A stretch of DNA of 34,380 bases from Bdellovibrionia bacterium (GTDB lineage: Bacteria > Bdellovibrionota > UBA1018). The stretch lies in contig JBIIXZ010000003.1 of the NCBI GenBank assembly GCA_044347055.1, positions 1 through 34,380 of the forward strand. The letters run 5' to 3'. How positions within the stretch are numbered: the first letter of the stretch is position 1; each line of letters begins with the position of its first letter. The notes beneath the pieces were generated by a model. The model saw only the letters and a program-made list of their open reading frames with translations. It ran no database searches and was not told the DNA's origin. The position numbers and the translations under genes were made by a program. Positions 26,573-34,380 of this stretch are shown here, piece by piece.

Positions 26573-27508
26573 TTAGCACCGGGCAGCGTAAGCCATCAGG
26601 TAGCGGCTCGACAGCGGACGACCCATTGCTTGATGGAGCTTGAGGCTGGTGTCGCAGAGGCGATCGAGGTCGACGCCGGTGTCGATGCCCATGCCCTGGA
26701 GCATGTAGACGAGATCCTCGGTCGCGAGGTTTCCGGTTGCCGCCGGAGCAAACGGGCAGCCCCCCAGGCCGCCGGCGGACGAATCGACGTTCGTGATGCC
26801 GTACTCGAGCGAACGCAGGGTGTTGGCCAGAGCCGTGCCGCGAGTGTCATGAAAATGGACGGCGATTTTTGCGGATGGGTTTTTCGAAAGCAGCTTCGGA
26901 ATGACCTGGTCGACGCCCTTTGGAGTCGCCACGCCAATCGTGTCGCCGAGCGAGACCTGTTGAGCCCCCAGATCAAGCAGTCGCTGGGCGGCGTCGATCG
27001 CTCGTTTCGCCGGCATTTCGCCTTCGAAGGGACATCCAAAAACCGTCGAAAGATATGCACGAGTGTGGAGCTTGAGCTTTCGCGCCTCGCGAAGCACTTC
27101 GCGGATTTCGGCGAGCGACTCGGCGATCGTCATGCCGATATTACGCTGATTGAAGGTCTCGCTCGCTGCAGTGAATACTCCGATGGCTCGAGCGCCCGCT
27201 TCGAGCGCACGCTCAAGTCCGCGGCGATTCGGAACGAGCGCCCAGTACGTCGGACCGGTGTAGGGCTTTTCGAGTTTGATGGAGCGAAAGACCTGGTCGG
27301 AGTCTGCCATCTGCGGCACGCGATCCGGCCGAACAAAGGCCCCCGCTTCGATCTGCTTCAGCCCGGCGAGCTGGAGACCGCGAATGTAGTCGAGCTTCAT
27401 CGCGAGCGAGACCGTGCGACTCTCGTTCTGGAGTCCGTCGCGAGGGCCCACGTCATAAATCGTGACCTTGCGCGGAAACTTCGCGACCGGTCTCTGCTTA
27501 GCGGCCAT
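26573..27508 (-). CDS. hmgL: Hydroxymethylglutaryl-CoA lyase
   Basis: DVGPRDGLQNE, VPQMAD, ASETF, FGCPFEG, SLGDTIG, HFHDTRG, GGLGGCPFAPAATGNLATED. Confidence 0.95.
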   Translation of the reverse strand: MAAKQRPVAKFPRKVTIYDVGPRDGLQNESRTVSLAMKLDYIRGLQLAGLKQIEAGAFVRPDRVPQMADSDQVFRSIKLEKPYTGPTYWALVPNRRGLERALEAGARAIGVFTAASETFNQRNIGMTIAESLAEIREVLREARKLKLHTRAYLSTVFGCPFEGEMPAKRAIDAAQRLLDLGAQQVSLGDTIGVATPKGVDQVIPKLLSKNPSAKIAVHFHDTRGTALANTLRSLEYGITNVDSSAGGLGGCPFAPAATGNLATEDLVYMLQGMGIDTGVDLDRLCDTSLKLHQAMGRPLSSRYLMAYAARC

Positions 27509-28049
27509 TGCCGGCTCCGTTTACTGCTCCGCTGGCTGCTCCGTTGGGCGCAGCCTCGAAATCGACCATCAGGTCGCCCGGAGACAGCTGCTGGCCTTCC
27601 GACACGCGGATCTTACTCACCACCCCGGCACAGGGAGCCTGGATGGCGAACTCCATTTTCATGGCTTCGACGAGAAGCAGCTTCTGGTTTTCCGCGACAG
27701 CTTGCCCCTCGGCCACAAGCACCTTGCGCACCTTGCCCGGAAATTGCGCGGTGAAATCAGCGGCGCTGGCAGCGGCTCCCGCCGCCCCGCGCGAGGCATC
27801 GAGGCGCGACCACTCCCCAAAAAATGGCCCGTGGAAGCTCGAGCGATCCAGCCATTGAGCCGAAAACTTGCCCTTGCCTTGGACGGCGACACCTCGCACG
27901 CGCTCGATGCTTCCATCGGCACGGACACGTTCAGCGATCACCCATCCTCCCGGACGATGCGACAGTTTCCAGCTCGAAGCGTCGCGCGCATCTGGGGACT
28001 GGTCATCGGACGTGAATTTTTTTCCGGAAACCTTCCACTGATGCTTCAT
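27498..28049 (-). CDS. Biotin carboxyl carrier protein (stand-alone C-terminal part of an acyl-CoA carboxylase alpha chain)
   Basis: AQFPGKV, VEAMKMEF biotinylation motif, IQAPCAG; ATGA overlap with the biotin carboxylase stop. Confidence 0.88.
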   Translation of the reverse strand: MKHQWKVSGKKFTSDDQSPDARDASSWKLSHRPGGWVIAERVRADGSIERVRGVAVQGKGKFSAQWLDRSSFHGPFFGEWSRLDASRGAAGAAASAADFTAQFPGKVRKVLVAEGQAVAENQKLLLVEAMKMEFAIQAPCAGVVSKIRVSEGQQLSPGDLMVDFEAAPNGAASGAVNGAGNGR

Positions 28050-29536
28050 GACTGCCTCCACGGCGAGGGCTGGGTCGTCGTCGCGCCCGGAGCCGAGCCG
28101 CCCCCTGAAGCGGCCGGAGAGGTCGACACCGCGAGCCGGGTAGCCGTCGCCAGGTCGGCGGCAGAAACGACCGGATGAAAATCCGCGAACGCCTGGCCGA
28201 GATAGCCGGTGTGCATCCGCCCTGCCTTCACGTTCGCATCATTGGCGATAGCGAGCAGGTAGCGCTGGTTCGATCCCATTCCGGCCACGACCGTCTCTTC
28301 GAGCGCAAAGCGCATGCGCTCGACTGCGATTTCGCGCGTGGGCGCGTGCACGATGATCTTGGCCAGGAGCGAATCAAACTGGGTGCCGATCGTTTGTCCC
28401 TGCTCGATTCCCGCTTCGATGCGGATTCCGGTGCCGGTCGGCCAGCGCAGGAACTCCACCTTGCCCGGCGTCGGAGCAAACCCCATCGCCGGATCTTCCG
28501 CATAGAGACGCACTTCAATGGAGTGCCCGCGAGGTTCGGGCACTACGGGAAGACGAAAACCCTGCGGGTCGAGCGCAAGATGCAGCTGCAGATGCACCAG
28601 GTCCTGTCCGGTCACCTGTTCGGTAACGGGATGCTCGACCTGAAGACGCGTGTTCATTTCGAGGAAGTAGAAGCCGCCCTTCTCATCCACCAGGAACTCG
28701 AGTGTTCCGGCGCTGCGGTATTTGACCTCCGAAACGAGGCGCATCGAGGCTTCGAAAAGACCGTGGCGGGTTTCAGTGGAGAGATGCGGAGCGGGCGCCT
28801 CCTCCCACACTTTTTGGTGCCGTCGCTGGAGCGAGCACTCGCGCTCATGCAGATGCACGCCTCCGCCCTTGCCATCTCCGAAAACCTGGACTTCGATATG
28901 CCGCGGATTTTCGATCAACCGCTCGAGAAAGAGCGTGCCATCTCCGAATGCCGCCACCGCCTCGGCCGAGGCGCTTTCGGCGGCATCCTTCAGTTCGGAA
29001 GCCTGGTTCACGCGTCGCATGCCCTTGCCGCCTCCGCCTGCGGAGGCCTTGAGCAGCAGCGGATAACCGACCTTCGCGGCGGCAGCGGCCAGATCCTCTC
29101 CGGCCTTGACCTTGGCCCACGGCAAAGTCGGCACCTTGGCTTTTTCGGCCAGCTCCTTGGCGGCGATCTTCTCACCCAGCGCGCGCATCGTCTCGGCGCG
29201 TGGTCCCGCGAAGGCAATTCCCGCCCTCTCGCAGGCATCCGCAAACTCCGGACGCTCGCTCAAAAATCCGTAGCCCGGATGAATGATCGTCGCGCCGCTC
29301 TTTTTTGCGGCAGCGATCACCGACTCAATGTCGAGATAGCGCGATACGGGCTGCACTTCGTCGGCGTAGGTAACGTGGCGCGCTTCTTCATCTCCGGGCG
29401 CGCAGATGGCGATCGTGCGGAAGCCGAGCTCGCGGCAGGACTGAAAAACGCGGCACGCAATCTCAGAACGATTCGCGACGAGAACTTTGACGGCACGGCC
29501 CGTAGTGGTGGTCATTTCGAATCCTGGAGCACTCAT
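28046..29536 (-). CDS. Biotin carboxylase, probable 3-methylcrotonyl-CoA carboxylase alpha; start 29536 or 29515
   Basis: VLVANRSEIA, IHPGYGFLSE, KASAGGGGKGMR, RHIEVQ, ERECSLQRRHQK, FLEMNTRLQVEHPVTE; context with hydratase and HMG-CoA lyase. Confidence 0.92.
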   Translation of the reverse strand: MSAPGFEMTTTTGRAVKVLVANRSEIACRVFQSCRELGFRTIAICAPGDEEARHVTYADEVQPVSRYLDIESVIAAAKKSGATIIHPGYGFLSERPEFADACERAGIAFAGPRAETMRALGEKIAAKELAEKAKVPTLPWAKVKAGEDLAAAAAKVGYPLLLKASAGGGGKGMRRVNQASELKDAAESASAEAVAAFGDGTLFLERLIENPRHIEVQVFGDGKGGGVHLHERECSLQRRHQKVWEEAPAPHLSTETRHGLFEASMRLVSEVKYRSAGTLEFLVDEKGGFYFLEMNTRLQVEHPVTEQVTGQDLVHLQLHLALDPQGFRLPVVPEPRGHSIEVRLYAEDPAMGFAPTPGKVEFLRWPTGTGIRIEAGIEQGQTIGTQFDSLLAKIIVHAPTREIAVERMRFALEETVVAGMGSNQRYLLAIANDANVKAGRMHTGYLGQAFADFHPVVSAADLATATRLAVSTSPAASGGGSAPGATTTQPSPWRQS

Positions 29537-30336
29537 CAGCGAATCCATCCCGGCTTGCGCTTCTCGAGAAAAGCCTTGAGTCCTTCCTGTCCTTCCGGCG
29601 TCACGCGAAGTTCTGCGAGCGTGCGGGACACATACTCGAGACAGTCTCCCATTTTTTCGCGACGCTCAGGCCAGGTCAGGTCGAGAACCAGCTGCTTGGC
29701 GACCGACATCGCCTGGGGGCCGCACTGGAGCATGTTGCCGAGAATGCGCTCTCGCGAGGCTTCGAGTGCGGCCTGGTCGGCGACCACCTCATGAATCAGG
29801 CCGATCTCATGGGCGCGCTTTGCGCCGAAGCGTTCGGCGCTGATGAAGAGCGATCGTGAATGCGTGGCGCCGATCTTGGCGGTGACAAACGGGCCGATGC
29901 AGGCGGGAACAATGCCGAGGCGGACTTCCGAAAGGCTGAACTGCGTATCCTGCGTGGCCACGACCAGATCGCATACGCTCGTCAGGCCGACTCCGCCGCC
30001 GATCGCAGCACCGTGAATGAAGCCGATGAGCGGCTTCGGGCACTCGTTCATGAGCGCGAACATTTTCGAGAGGGTGCGGGTTTCGACCAGGTTCTGCTCG
30101 ACGTTGAGCTCGACCGAACGCTTCATCCAGTTCAGGTCGCCACCGGCCGAGAAGACCGGGCCTGATCCTTGGAGCGTGACGATCTTCACGTCGGGCTTCT
30201 TCACCTCGACCGAGAAGACGTGCGTCAGCTCGTCGATCATCGTCTCGTTGAAAGCGTTGCGAATGTCCGGACGATTCAGGGTGACATTCAGGACGCCAGG
30301 ATGCCGCAAGGAGTGCTCAAGCCGGAGGGTATTCAT
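29536..30336 (-). CDS. liuC: Enoyl-CoA hydratase/isomerase, probable methylglutaconyl-CoA hydratase
   Basis: LNRPDIRNAFN, FSAGGDLNWMK, HGAAIGGGVGL, FSLSEVRLGIVPACI, EGQEGLKAFLEKRKP. Confidence 0.85.
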   Translation of the reverse strand: MNTLRLEHSLRHPGVLNVTLNRPDIRNAFNETMIDELTHVFSVEVKKPDVKIVTLQGSGPVFSAGGDLNWMKRSVELNVEQNLVETRTLSKMFALMNECPKPLIGFIHGAAIGGGVGLTSVCDLVVATQDTQFSLSEVRLGIVPACIGPFVTAKIGATHSRSLFISAERFGAKRAHEIGLIHEVVADQAALEASRERILGNMLQCGPQAMSVAKQLVLDLTWPERREKMGDCLEYVSRTLAELRVTPEGQEGLKAFLEKRKPGWIR

Positions 30337-30360
30337 GCCCCCCGAAACTAACCCAAGGCC

Positions 30361-31140
30361 TTAAAGGCGGCAATCCTGCTTCAGACGCTCGGCCAGACCG
30401 CGCGAGGCCGACACTTCGAGACGGGTGATCTCGAGCTGGGTGAGGGCATCGGCTGCGAGTCCTTCGACATACCGGCGGTCATCGTGGCCGAAGGAGTACC
30501 AGCGGCTCCGAATTTCTCCGGTTTTCGGGTCCCGAAGCGTGTCGAGAAAGCGTTCGAAGTCCTGGCCGGCATGGCGACGGATCTCACTGAACTTCGACGC
30601 CACATGACTCGGAAGCCGTGCGGCGTCATCGAGCAGGTCTCGAAATTCTGCTTCAGTCTTGGCGTCGGCCAGCAAGTCCTCAAGGCTGAGCTTCAGATGG
30701 TTCACGCCGAGCTCGCGCCGATCGGAAGTGCGATACAGGTAGCGCACGCCGTAATACGACGCAGGAACTGCCACGGACGACGTCAACAGGCCCGCAGTGG
30801 TCACCTTGCCCAACGGCAGGGTGTAGGCTGCTACCCCTGGAATGAACGAAGCCGCCACGACACCCACGGCCGCGCAGGCGCTCGAGGTGTAGGCCACGAA
30901 GCGCGCCTTGCCGAGGAGCTTCTTGAAGTCCTCGACCGACTGCTCCTGCAATTGGGCCAGTGCCTCGCGATGCTCGGCGCGCTTGGTCAGCTTTTCGATC
31001 ACGCCATTCTGCTCGATCTGCAGGCAGTACTCGGCCACGCGCTGCGATCGCGCGAGCTCAAGCGGGCCTTGGGCCAGCGAAGTCGAAGCTGTAGAACTGA
31101 TCAGTGCGGGAACGGCCAGGATGGCAATGAAGCGTTTCAT
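30361..31140 (-). CDS. Hypothetical secreted protein with an internal hydrophobic hairpin
   Basis: MKRFIAILAVPAL...SLA signal peptide; central Ala/Gly/Val-rich hydrophobic stretch between charged helices; Cys near each end. Confidence 0.75.
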   Translation of the reverse strand: MKRFIAILAVPALISSTASTSLAQGPLELARSQRVAEYCLQIEQNGVIEKLTKRAEHREALAQLQEQSVEDFKKLLGKARFVAYTSSACAAVGVVAASFIPGVAAYTLPLGKVTTAGLLTSSVAVPASYYGVRYLYRTSDRRELGVNHLKLSLEDLLADAKTEAEFRDLLDDAARLPSHVASKFSEIRRHAGQDFERFLDTLRDPKTGEIRSRWYSFGHDDRRYVEGLAADALTQLEITRLEVSASRGLAERLKQDCRL

Positions 31141-31206
31141 GCCGGGGGTTCTACCTCATTTCCGACAAAAACGCTCAAATGATGTCAAGTTACTGATTTT
31201 AAAGGG

Positions 31207-31241
31207 ATGACGCGACTCTGAACCAAAAGGTGGGCCCGACC
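31207..31241 (-). repeat. 35-bp dispersed REP-like repeat, copy 2
   Basis: Minus strand ggtcgggcccaccttttggttcagagtcgcgtcat; 32/35 identical to 9688-9722. Confidence 0.85.
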
Positions 31242-31242
31242 C

Positions 31243-33090
31243 TTAGGGTGCACAGACCCCGCCGCAAGTGCTCGGCGTGCAGCCGGTTCCACTTCCGTAC
31301 CGATTTGAACAGGTCGGAAAGCAGCGGAAAGTGCTCTCATCAATGCGCTGCACTCGAGGCCCCCACTGCCACGTTCCTGAAATCACATAGGGGTCTGCAA
31401 CCAGCTTCTTTCCGGCCTCACAAGACACTTGGCAATGAGCTCCACCTCGCGTCGTGCAGCGCACCTCCTCCACTTCAGGCGATGGTGCAGAACAAACCGC
31501 CCCACAAACGGTGGCTTGGCACCCAGTGCCGCTGCCATAACGATTCGAACACGCAGCACTGCATGAAATCGTGGTGTCGTTGACCTTTCGAATGGCTGGC
31601 ACCCAGGCCAGGAGGCCACTGATGTAGTAGGGATTCGTCACGAGCTGCATGCCCGCCGAGCACGAGATCTGGCACGATTGGTTTCCGCCCGGAGTGCGGC
31701 ACGAAATCGCCTCGTTCTCGACAGGCTCGCGATAGCCCGCTGAAGAGCACCCCGCTGTTTGAAGCACGTACACGCGGCCAACCAGATAAATCTTTCGTCC
31801 CACTCCATGGTTCTTGTGCTCGGTACCCGTCAGCACCTCTTCGATGTGTCCATCGGCGAATTTGACCGTGAACGAGTACACGCGGCGAATCGCTCCATGA
31901 GTAGCGCCAATATAGTCGTGGCTCCGACTGGTATCGATCAGCTCGACTTCTGCAGGAAGCACTCTGGCCTGCCGAACCATCGCCCAGACCGCGTCATCCG
32001 GAAACGTCGTCGATTCGGACGAGCTGTCGGTGACCTGGCTCAGCTTGAGCTCCGGAAGCGGCATCTCGTTTGCGGTGAGATTCAGATTTCCGGGCTGAGT
32101 CAGATAGGGCGCCATCCTGGATTCGACATAATCCATGTTGGGATGGAGATTCGTCAGCTTCGTACATGCACAATATTTTCCGATCTCCTGGTAACTTGGA
32201 ACGAATGTGACAGCAGAGCTGCTGCCACTTGCCGAGACGAAGAAGGGTCCTGAGGCGGAGGACGAAGAAAGTGCCCCCATCCACGCACCACCACTGTTCG
32301 AGTAGCACTCGGTGTCGTTCGCGCGATTGCGCGAGCACATGAACCGATTGCTCATCGCAGTGGACCTGGACTCTGCACGAAGCCCGTCGAGAAACGAGGC
32401 CTGGGTCGATGAGGACTCGACCATGAGCTGGGCGACGTTAAACACCAATGTTTCGTTTCGACCCGAGCCTCTTGGCAAATCCGGAGTCGACTGAATGGTG
32501 GCGACCGGATCGACTTCGAAGGCCTCGCGGCCGCCCGTGAAGACCTTTCGCGAATCGAGCGTATAGAGCTTTCGCTCTCCCACCGTCCATTCCACCGCCG
32601 GCCACGGCGAGAGGTAAATGTACGAATTCGAGAGACCCGAATAAGTATAGGCCACCCAGTTCCAGCGCTCGGCACCACAGGGGCCGACTTCGGGTGCAGG
32701 CAACTGGACTGAGACCACCTGATAGCCGGGCTGGCCCGGCTGGCAGACCTTGCAGGCCTGGAGAATCTTGTCCGAACCGGCGGTAAAGCAGCGTGACGAG
32801 AGCCCAGCATCGGGTGAACCGGACGGCTCGGCGGAAAAGCTTGAGCCGGCAAGAGCGCCCGAGCACGGCGATGTGCTCATCGCCGCAGCGATCACAGCCT
32901 TCTTTTTGGCGTAGTTGACGAGCACCTGCTCACCCTCGCTGCTGGCGATCTTCCTCAAGGATTGATTGACGGATTGCGAGAGCATCACCCCGGTGACCGC
33001 CATGGCGAGTCCCGCACCCACTGCCAATCCGACAGCGGCATTTCCACGCTGGTCTCTCGTCAAAACCCCCAAGTGGGCCCTCGATCCCAT
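31243..33090 (-). CDS. Large pilin-like protein (615 aa) with two C-terminal 8-Cys repeats
   Basis: RDQRG|NAAVGLAVGAGLAMAVTGVML resembles a class III signal peptide without Glu5; Cys-rich; adjacent to two other prepilin-like genes. Confidence 0.75.
   Translation of the reverse strand: MGSRAHLGVLTRDQRGNAAVGLAVGAGLAMAVTGVMLSQSVNQSLRKIASSEGEQVLVNYAKKKAVIAAAMSTSPCSGALAGSSFSAEPSGSPDAGLSSRCFTAGSDKILQACKVCQPGQPGYQVVSVQLPAPEVGPCGAERWNWVAYTYSGLSNSYIYLSPWPAVEWTVGERKLYTLDSRKVFTGGREAFEVDPVATIQSTPDLPRGSGRNETLVFNVAQLMVESSSTQASFLDGLRAESRSTAMSNRFMCSRNRANDTECYSNSGGAWMGALSSSSASGPFFVSASGSSSAVTFVPSYQEIGKYCACTKLTNLHPNMDYVESRMAPYLTQPGNLNLTANEMPLPELKLSQVTDSSSESTTFPDDAVWAMVRQARVLPAEVELIDTSRSHDYIGATHGAIRRVYSFTVKFADGHIEEVLTGTEHKNHGVGRKIYLVGRVYVLQTAGCSSAGYREPVENEAISCRTPGGNQSCQISCSAGMQLVTNPYYISGLLAWVPAIRKVNDTTISCSAACSNRYGSGTGCQATVCGAVCSAPSPEVEEVRCTTRGGAHCQVSCEAGKKLVADPYVISGTWQWGPRVQRIDESTFRCFPTCSNRYGSGTGCTPSTCGGVCAP
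31246..31713 (-). repeat. Two tandem ~77-aa Cys-rich protein repeats
   Basis: Repeat 1 C.TPGG...CQISC.AG..LV.NPY.ISG...W.P...C...CSNRYGSGTGC....CG.VC; repeat 2 has near-identical Cys spacing and an identical CSNRYGSGTGC. Confidence 0.9.
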
Positions 33091-33172
33091 CCCTCGAGTT
33101 TATCATCTCGAACCAGGAAATCACGCATCTGACCTCGTTGATTCCTGGAGGCGCCTGCGCAAGACTTGGACC

Positions 33173-33694
33173 ATGCCCGCGCTTCCGCAAAGCAGGACTT
33201 CAAAACACGCTGGATTCTCGCTCCTGGGCGGCATGATCACGCTCGGAGTGATTGCCGTGGGAGTGTCCATGATGACCCAGTCGGCACTTCACTCCAGGCG
33301 CGCGAGCCGCGGTGTCGAATCTCGAATCGACGCGTCGCTCGTGGCGACGAGCGTGCTGAACGCCATCGCCACCACCCAGACGGCAGGAATCCACGCAATG
33401 GCCTCGAGCGCCCATCCACCGGGGAACTGGATCGACAAAACGAAGCCGACGCTGGCATGGCTCGGCAACTGGGAATCTCCCGGCGAGGTTCGAAACATCC
33501 GCGTGCGCTTCTCGGCATTTCAGGTCCTCGTCGGTCCGACCCCGGCGCTGACTCCAGTGCCCTATCCGAATCCGCTTCCGTCGCCCTCCTGGACACCAGA
33601 GCCCTCGCATCAGGTCGATCTGGAGCTCGAGCTCTCGCGTGACTCCGGAAAAACGTGGCAACCCTTTCGCGCATCGAAGTGGGTGGCCCGGTGA
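33173..33694 (+). CDS. Prepilin-type (minor pilin/pseudopilin-like) protein
   Basis: SKHAG|FSLLGGMITLGVIAVGVSMM class III signal (Gly at position 5 instead of Glu); start re-called at ATG 33173. Confidence 0.75.
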   Translation: MPALPQSRTSKHAGFSLLGGMITLGVIAVGVSMMTQSALHSRRASRGVESRIDASLVATSVLNAIATTQTAGIHAMASSAHPPGNWIDKTKPTLAWLGNWESPGEVRNIRVRFSAFQVLVGPTPALTPVPYPNPLPSPSWTPEPSHQVDLELELSRDSGKTWQPFRASKWVAR

Positions 33695-34293
33695 ACAGAA
33701 ATCAAGGATTCACCACGCTCGAACTGGCACTGGGCTCGGCGGTCGCCCTTCTGGCCACCCTGATCCTTGGAACATCGATTCGGTTTTTCAGCAGCGATGC
33801 ACGCCAGCACTCCATGCAGATCGAGCAGAATGCTCAGGCGCAGGCGTTCCTGCAGCTGCTAAAAAAGGACCTGACCTCGGCTTCGGACATCATTTCCACC
33901 GGCGGATTTCAGCTCCAGCAGAAGGTCCTGCGGGCGGGAAAAGTCGTCCAACAAAGCATCACCTACACCATCGGTGCGCCCACGACGTGCACCACCTCGA
34001 ACCAGAAATCCTTCTCCTGCGTGAAGGTGTACCGTCAGGTGGAGTCGAATGCGCCGGCAGAGCTGCCGAACGTGGTGGCGTTTCGATGGTGCTCCGTGAA
34101 GCTGAACAACACCGAATGCACTGCCCTCTCCGCACTCAACCAGCCTTTGCCAGCCACGAATGCCCGCTTCATCGGCCAGGTCGAGTTTCTGGCCTACCCG
34201 GATCGACCCGTCGGAAAGCAGACACGAATCGTGAACTTCGTCTTTGAGGCCGGAAACATCGGAAGCCCGCTTCAGGTACTGAAGACCGAATAA
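33691..34293 (+). CDS. Prepilin-type N-terminal cleavage/methylation protein (PilW/PulJ-like)
   Basis: GTG start overlapping the previous stop (GTGA); NRNQG|FTTLELALGSAVALLATLIL with Glu5; LLKKDLTSA amphipathic helix; four Cys. Confidence 0.85.
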   Translation: MNRNQGFTTLELALGSAVALLATLILGTSIRFFSSDARQHSMQIEQNAQAQAFLQLLKKDLTSASDIISTGGFQLQQKVLRAGKVVQQSITYTIGAPTTCTTSNQKSFSCVKVYRQVESNAPAELPNVVAFRWCSVKLNNTECTALSALNQPLPATNARFIGQVEFLAYPDRPVGKQTRIVNFVFEAGNIGSPLQVLKTE

Positions 34294-34307
34294 ACGTCCG
34301 CAATGAC

Positions 34308-34379
34308 TCAGAACTGGTTCTGAAGCACCTTTACCACGAGGCTCGGAAACCATTTCCGCTTCTGCTTTTCAGTGATGGG
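34308..34379 (-). CDS. Possible 3' end of a convergent gene entering from the right
   Basis: Minus-strand frame PITEKQKRKWFPSLVVKVLQNQF-stop ends 14 nt from the pilin-like stop; too short to identify. Confidence 0.4.
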   Translation of the reverse strand, partial: PITEKQKRKWFPSLVVKVLQNQF

Positions 34380-34380
34380 A

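Noticed and set aside
26408-29794. Plus-strand ORFs of 448, 238 and 539 aa
   Set aside because: Antisense shadows of the HMG-CoA lyase, BCCP and biotin carboxylase genes.
9688-31241. The two 35-bp copies as terminal inverted repeats of a 21.5-kb mobile element
   Set aside because: The enclosed genes are largely housekeeping, no transposase or integrase is present, and no target-site duplication was seen; a dispersed 3'-UTR repeat is simpler.

Overview
High-GC, densely coding bacterial chromosome segment. Its gene content (many short secreted Cys-rich or lipoprotein hypotheticals, several sigma-54 signals, prepilin-like orphans) suggests Bdellovibrionota/Oligoflexia, but that is inference only. 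Recognisable core genes: short dprA-topA, GH26 mannanase, ddl, glutamate dehydrogenase, a GT4 glycosyltransferase, radC-like, DTW/TapT, plsC, a DksA/TraR protein and a partial leucine-catabolism cluster (hydratase, split biotin carboxylase/BCCP, HMG-CoA lyase). There are two sigma-54 two-component pairs. Best candidate for an undescribed system is 20423-26135 (minus strand). There, a sigma-54 promoter with an upstream palindromic enhancer candidate precedes a membrane protein, a KinB-like sensor and an intact AlgB-like activator. The sensor keeps its H-box but has lost its ATP-binding motifs (pseudokinase or phosphatase-only). A second near-consensus sigma-54 promoter then precedes a Cys-rich secreted protein and a GP42/transglutaminase-elicitor-like lipoprotein carrying a Pep-13-like motif. 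Other highlights: a divergent trio of pilin-like genes including a 615-aa modular pilin with two unrecognised 8-Cys repeats; a 35-bp REP-like sequence present twice just after stop codons 21.5 kb apart; a ~240-bp intergenic element of nested, mutually exclusive inverted repeats; and two apparently paralogous lipoproteins with different C-terminal modules. No tRNA, rRNA, CRISPR array, integrase or transposase was seen. Many start sites are my re-calls from the ORF track.
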